Of a stretch of 64,000 nucleotides of DNA, positions 44,625-53,544 are shown piece by piece. Within the stretch, counting starts at the first letter, position 1; each line of letters begins with the position of its first letter. Made by a program: the position numbers and the translations under genes. The DNA lies in NCBI GenBank assembly GCA_964553015.1, contig CAZKJE010000002.1, positions 14,175 through 78,174 on the forward strand, written 5' to 3'. The notes below the pieces were generated by a model, which was not told the origin of the DNA, searched no databases, and was given only the letters and a program-made list of their open reading frames with translations. Source of the DNA: an uncultured Candidatus Saccharibacteria bacterium. Its GTDB lineage: Bacteria; Patescibacteriota; Minisyncoccia; Phycocordibacterales; UBA9973.

Positions 44625-44719
44625 ATCTAATCCAGCTTATAGATACTCGGTTTCTGGAAGTCGCTCTTGTGTTCTCTTTTTCGGTGTTTTCTTTTGCGAA
44701 ATTTGCAAAAAAATGGCGG

Positions 44720-44728
44720 TTATCCACT
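44720..44728 (+). promoter_or_regulatory. TTATCCACT motif (one mismatch to TTATCCACA) abutting a -35-like TTGCTA upstream of nrdJ
   Basis: Preceded by G, like the other copies. TTGCTA at 44728..44733, 17 nt, then TTATTA. Confidence 0.35.
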
Positions 44729-44829
44729 TGCTATGGGTGTGTAAAATGGATTATTATTATAGTCCAACCAAGCTGAACAAAAATTATCTAAAATGTTCAC
44801 TTTTAATCCAAAAATAATTTAAAAAACTC

Positions 44830-47124
44830 ATGAAACCAACTGCAAAAATTTCAAAAAGCGAATTAGCAAAAATAAAAACTATCCGAAGGAGAACCGGAGA
44901 AGTGGTTCCGTTTGATCTCGACAGGGTAGCCCGCGCTACATTCAAGGCTTTTGAAGTTACCAGAGAGGGGGGAGAAAAGGAATCGGAAAAAGTTGCTACG
45001 AATGTTTTCAAAATGCTGCTTGACCTTCGGGAAGGCCTTTTGAAATCAAACAAGAGCGCAAAATTTCTGCCGACCGTGGAACTTGTGCAGGATTTTGTTG
45101 AAAAAGAATTGATGAAAGACGGGTTTACGGATACCGCGAAAAAATATATTTTATACCGAAACAAGCGTTCAGAGCTTCGCGCTACTTTCGGGCCGGTGTC
45201 AGAAGCAGTCCGCACCGCGGTTGAAGAATCCAGTAAATATTTCGGAAGCGCGTACTCTGAATATATTTTCTATCAATTTTATTCGCGCTGGGTGCCGGAG
45301 CTTGGCCGCCGCGAGACATGGATAGAAACTGTTGATCGCTACATGGCTTACATGAAAGAAAATCTGGCAAATAAACTTACCGCAAAAGAATATTCAGATG
45401 TGAGACAAGCTATCTTAAATCAGGATATTTGTCCTTCCATGAGGCTTCTCTGGTCTGCGGGCAAGGCCTGCAGACAATCGAACGTCTGGGCATACAACTG
45501 TTCCTACATCGCGCCTACGTGTCCGCAAGATCTAGGAGAGATAATGTATGTTTCAATGTGCGGAGCAGGCTTGGGGTTTGCCGTTGAATGGGAAAATGTT
45601 CAGCAGTTTCCGCAAATCCAAAAGCAAACAAATGAAAAGCCGATCACTCACGTAGTTATAGACAGCAAAGAAGGCTGGGCAGATGCTTTTGTTCTCGGGC
45701 TAACATCTTGGTTTGACGGCAAGGATGCAAAATTTGATTATTCGGGGATCAGGCCGGCCGGCGCACGACTGGAAACAGCAGGCGGTAAAGCATCCGGACC
45801 GCAGCCGCTGATGGATCTAATGGAGTTTGCAAAAAGAAAAATTTTAGCAAAACAGGGACGCAGACTTTCAAACATAGACATGCATGACATCATCTGCCAG
45901 ATCGGCATGATCGTCGTAGCCGGCGGAGTTCGCCGAAGCGCCCTCATCTCCTTGTCAGAACTGGAGGACACAGAGATGCGCGACGCAAAGAAGGGACAAT
46001 TTTATCTGACCGAAGGTCAGCGCAGCATGGCAAACAATTCTGCGGTGTACAACGCAAAGCCGGGAGCAGAAGAATTTCTTGATGAATGGACTTCTCTTGT
46101 AAAATCAAAATCCGGCGAACGCGGAATTTTCAATCGCGCGGGGCTGGAAAAACAAGTGCCGGCTCGCAGATGGGCAGCGATCAAAAATGAAAGACAGATG
46201 GGATTAAATCCTTGCGGAGAAATTTATCTTCGTTCAAAACAATTTTGTAATTTGACCAGCATTGTAATCCGTCCGAAGGACACCGCGGAAACTCTGAAGA
46301 GAAAAATGGAGCTGGCGACACTTCTCGGAACGTATCAGTCCACCCTTACCAATTTCGGATATCTTTCAAAGAAGTGGAAAGAGAACTGCGAAGAAGAAAG
46401 ATTGCTCGGCGTATCGCTCACTGGCTACTATGACAATCCTCTTATACGAACCGATAAAGTTTTGGATATGTTAAAAAAGGATTCAGTAGAAACAAATAAA
46501 AAATATGCAAAACGCTTTGGCATAAATCCTTCTACGGCTATCACCTGCGTAAAACCTCATGGAAATTCCGGGCAGCTCCTCGGCGTCGGCTCCGGCATGC
46601 ACCCTTGGTTTGCTCCTTATTTCATCCGCCGTGTGCGCATTTCTCACACTGATACTCTTTTAAAGATGGCCCGAGATCAGGGAGTGCCATGTGTCCCAGA
46701 AGTAGGACAGGCAGAAGGAAGCGCCACTACGTATGTACTCGAATTTCCAGTCAAGGCGCCGCAGGGAGCAATATTCAAAGATGAAGTTTCCGCTCTTGAT
46801 CTCATGAAAGAATGGAAGAGGCTAAAAGAGCATTTTGTGGAGCACAATCCTTCGGCTACCATATATGTCGGCCCTGACGAATGGATCGCCGTAGGAAACT
46901 TTGTCTACGAAAATTGGGACTGGATCGGCGGACTTTCCTTTCTTCCTCGCTCGGAACACGTGTATCAGCTCGCTCCATACGAGCCCATAACAAAAGAACA
47001 GTACGAACGCCGCACAAGGGCAATCGGCAAGATTGACTTCTCAAAACTTTCTCAATATGAGGCGCAGGATAATACTACCGGCGCCAAAGAATTCGCGTGC
47101 GTTTCAGGCGTCTGTGAAATATAA
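44830..47124 (+). CDS. nrdJ: Class II (adenosylcobalamin-dependent) ribonucleotide reductase
   Basis: 764 aa. N-terminal ATP-cone, active-site NPCGEI and FCNL motifs, and a C-terminal redox pair CVSGVCEI. Confidence 0.85.
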   Translation: MKPTAKISKSELAKIKTIRRRTGEVVPFDLDRVARATFKAFEVTREGGEKESEKVATNVFKMLLDLREGLLKSNKSAKFLPTVELVQDFVEKELMKDGFTDTAKKYILYRNKRSELRATFGPVSEAVRTAVEESSKYFGSAYSEYIFYQFYSRWVPELGRRETWIETVDRYMAYMKENLANKLTAKEYSDVRQAILNQDICPSMRLLWSAGKACRQSNVWAYNCSYIAPTCPQDLGEIMYVSMCGAGLGFAVEWENVQQFPQIQKQTNEKPITHVVIDSKEGWADAFVLGLTSWFDGKDAKFDYSGIRPAGARLETAGGKASGPQPLMDLMEFAKRKILAKQGRRLSNIDMHDIICQIGMIVVAGGVRRSALISLSELEDTEMRDAKKGQFYLTEGQRSMANNSAVYNAKPGAEEFLDEWTSLVKSKSGERGIFNRAGLEKQVPARRWAAIKNERQMGLNPCGEIYLRSKQFCNLTSIVIRPKDTAETLKRKMELATLLGTYQSTLTNFGYLSKKWKENCEEERLLGVSLTGYYDNPLIRTDKVLDMLKKDSVETNKKYAKRFGINPSTAITCVKPHGNSGQLLGVGSGMHPWFAPYFIRRVRISHTDTLLKMARDQGVPCVPEVGQAEGSATTYVLEFPVKAPQGAIFKDEVSALDLMKEWKRLKEHFVEHNPSATIYVGPDEWIAVGNFVYENWDWIGGLSFLPRSEHVYQLAPYEPITKEQYERRTRAIGKIDFSKLSQYEAQDNTTGAKEFACVSGVCEI

Positions 47125-47157
47125 GCGCGAAATAGGAAAGCTCTAAAATAAAAGTTT

Positions 47158-47715
47158 ATGCTTTATACCAGAAAAGGGGATGGAGGCACGACCAAGACTT
47201 TTGGATGCGATCAGCGCATTTCAAAAAGCTCTTTGGTGGCGGAAGCACTCGGTTCGCTGGATGAGACTAATTCTTTTTTAGGCATTGCGCGAGCTAAAAC
47301 TGAAGGCTTGAGTTTTAAAGTTGGAACAGGGGAAATAAAATTTTCAGAACTGATTTTAGAAACCCAGCAGAATTTATTTATCGTGCAGGCAGAAGTCGCA
47401 GGTTCTACTCTTTTCATCACGCAGGATAAAATAACTCGAGTTGAAAATATAGTTGATGAAATAGAAAAAGTTCTACCGCCGATTAAAAGTTTCTTCATCA
47501 GCGGGGCGACAGAGCTAGGTGGAATTTTTGATTTCGCGCGAACGCTTTCAAGGCGGGCGGAGAGGAGAGTAGTCGCCGCCAAAGAAGAAGGTAAAATAAC
47601 TGTGAGCGCAGAAACAATGTCTTATTTAAACAGACTTTCAAGTTTACTGTATGCTCTAGCAAGAATCTCAAGCCACATTGAGGGCGTAGAAGAAGTAAAA
47701 CCAGAATATAAATAA
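47158..47715 (+). CDS. PduO-type ATP:cob(I)alamin adenosyltransferase
   Basis: 185 aa. N-terminal YTRKGDGGTT motif and the PduO/MMAB helical bundle pattern. Confidence 0.85.
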   Translation: MLYTRKGDGGTTKTFGCDQRISKSSLVAEALGSLDETNSFLGIARAKTEGLSFKVGTGEIKFSELILETQQNLFIVQAEVAGSTLFITQDKITRVENIVDEIEKVLPPIKSFFISGATELGGIFDFARTLSRRAERRVVAAKEEGKITVSAETMSYLNRLSSLLYALARISSHIEGVEEVKPEYK

Positions 47716-47749
47716 CACTATATTTTGACGGCCGTCTAAAAGTGACGCT

Positions 47750-49957
47750 TTACTCGAAGTGAAACTCTCCGGCTTTGGTGCGGACTTTTTGTTTTAGGAG
47801 AGGATATTTACTTAGTTCGGGGTCAGATTCTATCATGCTAATAGCTTCAGTTCTAGCCGCTTCTACCATTTTTATATTTTTTATAGCTTCCATGCCGAGA
47901 TCAGTGATGCCCCACTGCTTTGTACCGCCAAGCTCTCCGGCGCCTCGGAGTGTGAGATCTAGCTCTGCCAATTCAAAACCATTTTTTGCAGTCTTGAGCG
48001 CTTTAAGGCGGTCTACGGTTTTTGCGCTTTTGGCTTCAGCAAAAATATAACAATATGCCTGATGCGAACTTCGGATCACCCGTCCGCGGAGCTGATGCAA
48101 TTGGGCCAATCCAAAACGCTCCGCACCTTCTATGATAATTATTGTCGCATTTGGAACATTCACTCCGACTTCTACCACGGACGTAGCGCATAAGATATGT
48201 ATCTTGCCTTCGGTAAATTCCTGCATTACCTCTTCTTTTTTTTCTCTGCTCATCTTGGAATGAAGTACGCCTATTTCATACTCTTTGAACACTCGCTCTT
48301 TTAATATTTTAGCTTCAGCTACGGCAGATTTTACATTTAAAGCCATTTCTTTTTCAGGATCAGGCTCAAAAATTCGCGGGCAGATGACGTAGAGCTGTCT
48401 ACCGGCCTCCAATTCTTTTCTGATTGCTTCGTAAGTGTTAGTCCTCTTGTCCGGAGTAATAATCTCTGTAATTATTTGTTTTCTTCCTACCGGCATTTCG
48501 TCTAAAAGCGACAGATCCAAATCTCCGTATATCGTGAGCGCGAGCGTGCGGGGGATAGGAGTTGCGGTCATGGATAGCAGGTGCGGAGCGATGTTATCTT
48601 TGCGCACTAACTTTCTTCTTTGTGCTGTGCCGAAGCGATGCTGTTCGTCTATCACCACAAGTGCAAGATTTTTAAATTTAACAGTTTTTTGAATGAGCGC
48701 ATGTGTACCGATAAGTATAGGTATCTCGCCGTTTCCGATCCATTTCAAAAGTTGTGCTCGGGAAATTGTTGTCCAGCTTGCCCCGTCCTTGGCGGGACCG
48801 ATTGTTTTTGATGGAAATTTTCTGCAGCCACTTCCAGTGATCAAGCCTATGTTTATCGGCAAATGCTTGAAATATTCTATGAAAGATTCAAAATGTTGCG
48901 TTGCTAATATTTCTGTCGGCGCCATGTATGCCACTTGCAAATTACCAAAATTTTGTGGTTTACCCTGGGTGTAATCGAAGGGCCTTTGCTGTACTGTCAC
49001 ATAGCTTGCAGTCGCAGCTACAGCAGTTTTACCGGAGCCGACATCGCCTTCGAGTAATCGCGACATCGGAAAATTCTTTGCCAGATCAGCAAGTATCGTT
49101 GCGATGGATTTTTCTTGTGATTTTGTCGGTTTAAAAGGGAAGCGCTTCAGAAATTCTTCTGCACTTTTCTTTTCAGGTTTTATTTGAAAAGATTTATTTT
49201 TTCTATATTCAAATTTATCATGCTGGCGTTCCAGCTGAATACAGAATACTTCTTCAAAAGCGAATCGTTTGCGTGCCGACTGCGCATCGGCTTTATTTTT
49301 CGGTTTGTGTATCCAAATAAGCGCGGTTTTCAGAGTAGGCAAATGATATTTTTTTAAAATTTCGGCCGGAATATAATCTTCAATATTATCCAAAGTTTTT
49401 TCTTTAAATATTTTTTCAATTGCGTGGTAAAACCATTTGGAAGTGATACCTCGCGTCTCCGCATAAATTGGATAAGACAGACCCTCCCCCAACCCCTCCC
49501 TTCGCAGGGCGGGGCTTTTAAATAATGTGTCGTGCGAATCTATCGGCATATTCGGCAATTTTTCAAATTCCGGATTAGCAAGATACATGCCATTTTTGCC
49601 TTGCGTGACTTTGCCCGTCAGCTTCACATTTTCGCCGTCATGGATCATTTTTGCCAAGTAAGTCTGATTGAACCATGTGATTTTTATTTTTCCAGATAAA
49701 TCTTCTATTTCGCCTTCGCCCATGGGCATTTTTGAACGAAATCCTTTTTTGGTTTTCAATTTTGAAACTTTGCCATATACAGTAGCCATATCTCCGGCAA
49801 CTAATTCAGCAATATTCTTTACCTCGCTGATATCGCTGTAGCGGACAGGGAAGTGAAACAAGAGATCAGCCACAGAAAAAATCTTGAGCTTATGCAAAGC
49901 CCTTTTCTGGCTTTCATCCAGCCTGAATTTTAGTTCAAGCTTATCGCTTAAATTCAT
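47750..49957 (-). CDS. recG: ATP-dependent DNA helicase RecG
   Basis: Start moved to ATG 49957, because the track extension overlaps the pilin gene. Wedge domain and helicase motifs GDVGSGKT and VIDEQHRFG. Contains an in-frame GC element at 49481..49516. Confidence 0.9.
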   Translation of the reverse strand: MNLSDKLELKFRLDESQKRALHKLKIFSVADLLFHFPVRYSDISEVKNIAELVAGDMATVYGKVSKLKTKKGFRSKMPMGEGEIEDLSGKIKITWFNQTYLAKMIHDGENVKLTGKVTQGKNGMYLANPEFEKLPNMPIDSHDTLFKSPALRREGLGEGLSYPIYAETRGITSKWFYHAIEKIFKEKTLDNIEDYIPAEILKKYHLPTLKTALIWIHKPKNKADAQSARKRFAFEEVFCIQLERQHDKFEYRKNKSFQIKPEKKSAEEFLKRFPFKPTKSQEKSIATILADLAKNFPMSRLLEGDVGSGKTAVAATASYVTVQQRPFDYTQGKPQNFGNLQVAYMAPTEILATQHFESFIEYFKHLPINIGLITGSGCRKFPSKTIGPAKDGASWTTISRAQLLKWIGNGEIPILIGTHALIQKTVKFKNLALVVIDEQHRFGTAQRRKLVRKDNIAPHLLSMTATPIPRTLALTIYGDLDLSLLDEMPVGRKQIITEIITPDKRTNTYEAIRKELEAGRQLYVICPRIFEPDPEKEMALNVKSAVAEAKILKERVFKEYEIGVLHSKMSREKKEEVMQEFTEGKIHILCATSVVEVGVNVPNATIIIIEGAERFGLAQLHQLRGRVIRSSHQAYCYIFAEAKSAKTVDRLKALKTAKNGFELAELDLTLRGAGELGGTKQWGITDLGMEAIKNIKMVEAARTEAISMIESDPELSKYPLLKQKVRTKAGEFHFE
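49481..49516. repeat. GC-rich palindromic element, in frame in recG, opposite orientation to the carB copy
   Basis: CCCCTCCC-TTCGCA-GGGCGGGG (49493..49514) with a CCCTCCCCCAA leader. Read on the minus strand as SPALRREGLGEGL. Confidence 0.7.
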
Positions 49958-49971
49958 AAAACCATTATACC

Positions 49972-50424
49972 CTATCTGGTCAGTGTAATAGATTGGCCAA
50001 GTTCCGCATTTGGAGCGGCTATAGTGTAGCGGCCATTTGAATCCACTAATACAGTGTATTGCGTGTCTGCCGCTGTTCCCGCAGTCAATCCAGCTCCGCC
50101 GGGGTCCATAGGAATTACTGAAGGAATATATGTAGGTACCAGGCAGCTCAAGTCCATATTCCCTGCGCCGGTTCCAATATTTTCGGCAGTGGAAGTTATG
50201 GTAACGCCGGCACAAGTAAATATACCTTTGTTATCGGCAAGATTTTGCCCGATTGCATTTAAAATAGTCTCGACGTTGCTAATGCGTTGGCTGTTTCTCG
50301 CCTGCGCAAACTGACGAGCGGGATTTATAGCTACTACCACGATAGATGCCAATATCGCGATAATACCGATCACAACTAAAATTTCAATAAGCGTGAAACC
50401 TCTTTTCCTCGCAACTTTTTTCAT
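49972..50424 (-). CDS. pilA: Type IV major-pilin-like protein
   Basis: 150 aa. Classic prepilin N-terminus KRG/FTLIEILVVIGIIAILASIVV and a C-terminal Cys pair. Confidence 0.85.
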   Translation of the reverse strand: MKKVARKRGFTLIEILVVIGIIAILASIVVVAINPARQFAQARNSQRISNVETILNAIGQNLADNKGIFTCAGVTITSTAENIGTGAGNMDLSCLVPTYIPSVIPMDPGGAGLTAGTAADTQYTVLVDSNGRYTIAAPNAELGQSITLTR

Positions 50425-50448
50425 ATTTAATTTTTGAAAACATTAGAG

Positions 50449-50460
50449 AACGTCGACGTT
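50449..50460. promoter_or_regulatory. Perfect 12-bp palindrome AACGTCGACGTT 25 bp upstream of the pilin ATG
   Basis: Lies in the short leader/promoter-proximal region of the pilin gene. It could be an operator or a 5' UTR hairpin. Confidence 0.3.
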
Positions 50461-50547
50461 AATATAATTATAATTTTACGCTTCAATAATTATCTTGTAA
50501 AGATAAAATGTTTATAACTTAATCAATTTTTCATTTCTATCTTTTTC

Positions 50548-50556
50548 TGGTATATT
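50548..50556 (+). promoter_or_regulatory. Extended -10 (TGgTATATT) 6 nt upstream of the tmk ATG
   Basis: The hexamer ends at 50556 and the ATG is at 50563. No SD is present. Confidence 0.5.
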
Positions 50557-50562
50557 TCCTGT

Positions 50563-51273
50563 ATGGCAAAAAAGTCAAAACGAGGTAAACTCATAGTCAT
50601 AGATGGCACGGACGGCAGCGGAAAAGCGACACAGATAGGCCTCCTCATAAAACATCTAAAAAAAGACGGCAAAAAAGTAAAGCTTGTCGATTTTCCGGAA
50701 TACTATTCAAACTTTTTTGGCGCATTCATAGGGCATTGTCTTTCCGAGCAATATTATAATTTCGTAAAAGTGCATCCCAAAATTGCTTCCGTGCTTTACG
50801 CCGCAGACCGCTTTGAATCAAAAGATAAAATACAAAAATGGCTAGCAGAGGGAAACATCGTAATTGCAAACAGGTACGCGAGCGCGAATCAGATCCATCA
50901 GGGCGGAAAGATTGCTAATACACAAAAAAGAGAAAATTTTTTAAAATGGCTTGCCGAGATGGAGTACGAGGTCTTTAAAATTCCAAGGCCGGATGCAGTT
51001 TTTTATTTAAGCGTGCCGATCCCGATAGTTATGAAGCTGATAAAAGAAAGAAATAAGGAAAGTAGGCGCGCCTACCTCGGCAAGAAAAAAGATGTGGTGG
51101 AAAAAGATAAAAATTATATGGAAAATTCCAGAAAAAGCGCACTCTGGCTCGCCAAGACCCAGAGGGGCTGGATAAAAATTGAATGCCTAAAAAATAGCGA
51201 ACTAGAAAGCCGTGAAGTTATTCACGATAAGATTTATGAAAAAGTTAAAAATATTTTGCTTGCCCGTCCATAG
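50563..51273 (+). CDS. tmk: Thymidylate kinase
   Basis: 236 aa. P-loop IVIDGTDGSGKATQ and a DRF/DRY-type motif (AADRFES). Confidence 0.9.
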   Translation: MAKKSKRGKLIVIDGTDGSGKATQIGLLIKHLKKDGKKVKLVDFPEYYSNFFGAFIGHCLSEQYYNFVKVHPKIASVLYAADRFESKDKIQKWLAEGNIVIANRYASANQIHQGGKIANTQKRENFLKWLAEMEYEVFKIPRPDAVFYLSVPIPIVMKLIKERNKESRRAYLGKKKDVVEKDKNYMENSRKSALWLAKTQRGWIKIECLKNSELESREVIHDKIYEKVKNILLARP

Positions 51274-51299
51274 CTTTAGCGAAGGAGGGGAATAAACCA

Positions 51300-51722
51300 A
51301 TGAAAATCAAAGTTAAAAAATTAAAAGAAAATGCAAAGCTGCCTACATATCATCACCCCGGAGATGTGGGCATGGATTTGTATTCTATGGAAGAAGTGAC
51401 AGTAAAACCCGGAGAGCACTATCGTTTCTGGCATGGCTTTGCTCTTGAATTTCCGGAAGGCTATGCGGCTCTTATAATGGATAAAGGAAGTATTTCCAGG
51501 GCTGGATTTGCGCATATGGGCGGAGTATATGATGCAGGCTACAGAGGCGAATACAATACACTATTGGTAAATTTGTCCGATCAGCCGTATACTTTTGAAG
51601 TAGGTGATAAAGTTTCCCAGCTTGTCATCACGCCGGTAGAAATTGCAGAATTGGAAGAAACAGATACTTTGAGCGAGTCTGCTCGCGGGGAAGGTAAATT
51701 TGGAAGTACCGGAAGAAAATAA
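51300..51722 (+). CDS. dut: dUTP diphosphatase
   Basis: 140 aa. GVYDAGYRGE and the C-terminal RGEGKFGSTG motif. Preceded by AGGAGGGG. Confidence 0.9.
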   Translation: MKIKVKKLKENAKLPTYHHPGDVGMDLYSMEEVTVKPGEHYRFWHGFALEFPEGYAALIMDKGSISRAGFAHMGGVYDAGYRGEYNTLLVNLSDQPYTFEVGDKVSQLVITPVEIAELEETDTLSESARGEGKFGSTGRK

Positions 51723-51770
51723 GCGCCGCGCTTTAATTGACGATTACGCGGCATGATTTCGTAAAATCAT

Positions 51771-53486
51771 ATGCAAACCAGAATAAAAAATTTAATAAGA
51801 GATGCGCTGAAAAATCTCAACATTGAAGTGAGCGAAATTTCCCTGGAGCATCCGGAAGATTTGAAAAACGGGGATTATTCTACAAATGTTGCCCTAGCTA
51901 TTGCAAAAAATATGGGAGAAAAACCGAAACATCTTGCCGAAAAAATAGTAAAAGAATTAGAAAGATTAAATACAGACAAAAATATAGAAAAATTTCAAGT
52001 TGCAGGCGCTGGATTTATAAATTTTTATTTATCGCGCAGATATTTTGCCGGCAGCATAGAGGAAATTGTAAACAAAGGGGGTAATATCGGCAAAAACGAC
52101 GTGCTTTCTGGAAAAAAAATAATGGTGGAATACACCGACCCAAATCCTTTTAAGCCTTTTCATATAGGCCACCTCATGACAAATGCCATCGGTGAATCTT
52201 TGGCAAGAATCTTAGAACACTCGGGCGCCGAAATTTCCCGCGCAAATTATTATGGAGATGTGGGGTTGCATGTGGCAAAAGCGATCTACGGCCTATTAAA
52301 AGATACTGATCTTCAAAGCAAAGCAGGTTCACACAACGAACAGGCTTCTAATATAGGCAAAGCATACGTTCTCGGCGCGGAAGTCTATGATAGTAATGAT
52401 TTTTCTAAAAAAGACATTGATGAAATAAATAAAAAAATTTATGCTCGAAGCGACCAGGAAATAAATGACATATATGACTGGGGATATAAAGTGACGATGG
52501 AGGCGTTTGAAGATTTATATAAAATGCTTGGCACGAAGTTTGATTTTTATTTTCCAGAAAGCCAAATGGCGCCCATTGGTGAAGATATTGTTCGTGCTAA
52601 TGTTGGTAAAATTTTTGACAAATCGGACGGCGCTATTGTGTTTAAAGCTGAAAAACATGACCCAAAACTGCATACTAGAGTTTTTATAACCTCCCAGGGA
52701 CTACCTACTTACGAGACAAAAGAATTCGGGTTAACTGAAGAAAAATTTAAAACGGAGCCAGATATGGATATTTCTGTTGTGGTTACGGCAAACGAGCAGG
52801 CAGATTATATGAAAGTTGTTGCCAAAGCCATTTCTCTTATTAAACCCGAACATGAGAAAAAAATGCTGCATATAACTCACGGCATGATGCGCTTGGAAGG
52901 CGGCAAAATGAGTTCCAGAAAAGGAAATGTAGTAACGGGTGAATCTCTAATTCGCGATACCATAGCCCTCATAGGTGAAAAAATCAAAGATAAAGACTGG
53001 AATAATGCAGAAAAAAATAAAATTGCCGAGATTGTCGGCGTCGCAGCGATAAAATATTCCATACTTCGCTCCAGAGCGGGAAGTGATATTGTGTATAACG
53101 CCGAAGAATCAGTTTCCACCGAAGGGGACTCTGGTCCATACCTGCAATATTCCTATGCCCGCGCAAATTCTGTCTTAGAAAAAGCGCAAAAGGAAAACAT
53201 ACTGCCGGATTTTGAAAAATTGCCGGAAGAAATTTTTGAAATAGAAAAATTTCTGTACAAATTTCCAGAAGTTGTCCTGCGCTCTTCATCGCTGTATGAG
53301 CCGCATCATATTACAGGCTACTTAGTAGAAATCGCTCGCGCATTTAACAGTTTTTATGGCAACAATTTGATCGTAAAAAAAGAAGACGACACCTCTCCGT
53401 ACAAAGTCGCCCTGACGTACGCCTTTTCTTTTGTAATGAAAACCGGTCTGCACCTCCTCGGCATCGAAGCCCCGAAGCAAATGTAG
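51771..53486 (+). CDS. argS: Arginine--tRNA ligase
   Basis: 571 aa. HIGH-type PFHIGHLM, a KMSK-like GKMSSRKGN, and a DALR anticodon-binding C-terminus. Confidence 0.95.
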   Translation: MQTRIKNLIRDALKNLNIEVSEISLEHPEDLKNGDYSTNVALAIAKNMGEKPKHLAEKIVKELERLNTDKNIEKFQVAGAGFINFYLSRRYFAGSIEEIVNKGGNIGKNDVLSGKKIMVEYTDPNPFKPFHIGHLMTNAIGESLARILEHSGAEISRANYYGDVGLHVAKAIYGLLKDTDLQSKAGSHNEQASNIGKAYVLGAEVYDSNDFSKKDIDEINKKIYARSDQEINDIYDWGYKVTMEAFEDLYKMLGTKFDFYFPESQMAPIGEDIVRANVGKIFDKSDGAIVFKAEKHDPKLHTRVFITSQGLPTYETKEFGLTEEKFKTEPDMDISVVVTANEQADYMKVVAKAISLIKPEHEKKMLHITHGMMRLEGGKMSSRKGNVVTGESLIRDTIALIGEKIKDKDWNNAEKNKIAEIVGVAAIKYSILRSRAGSDIVYNAEESVSTEGDSGPYLQYSYARANSVLEKAQKENILPDFEKLPEEIFEIEKFLYKFPEVVLRSSSLYEPHHITGYLVEIARAFNSFYGNNLIVKKEDDTSPYKVALTYAFSFVMKTGLHLLGIEAPKQM

Positions 53487-53544
53487 TAATTATCCCCCTT
53501 TTGTCTGGCTATTGTTTTCAATCCTGTTATTATTAAGGATAGTT

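Noticed and set aside
44614-44817. 67-aa ORF in the gap before nrdJ.
   Set aside because: It has a Cys/Phe-rich implausible sequence and overlaps the putative nrdJ promoter and the TTATCCACT site. No start signals were found.
49958-50215. ORF-track N-terminal extension of recG (86 residues).
   Set aside because: It overlaps most of the well-supported pilin gene (49972..50424) in another frame and has an implausible Cys/Arg/Tyr-rich sequence. The RecG wedge domain starts properly at MNLSDKLELKF.
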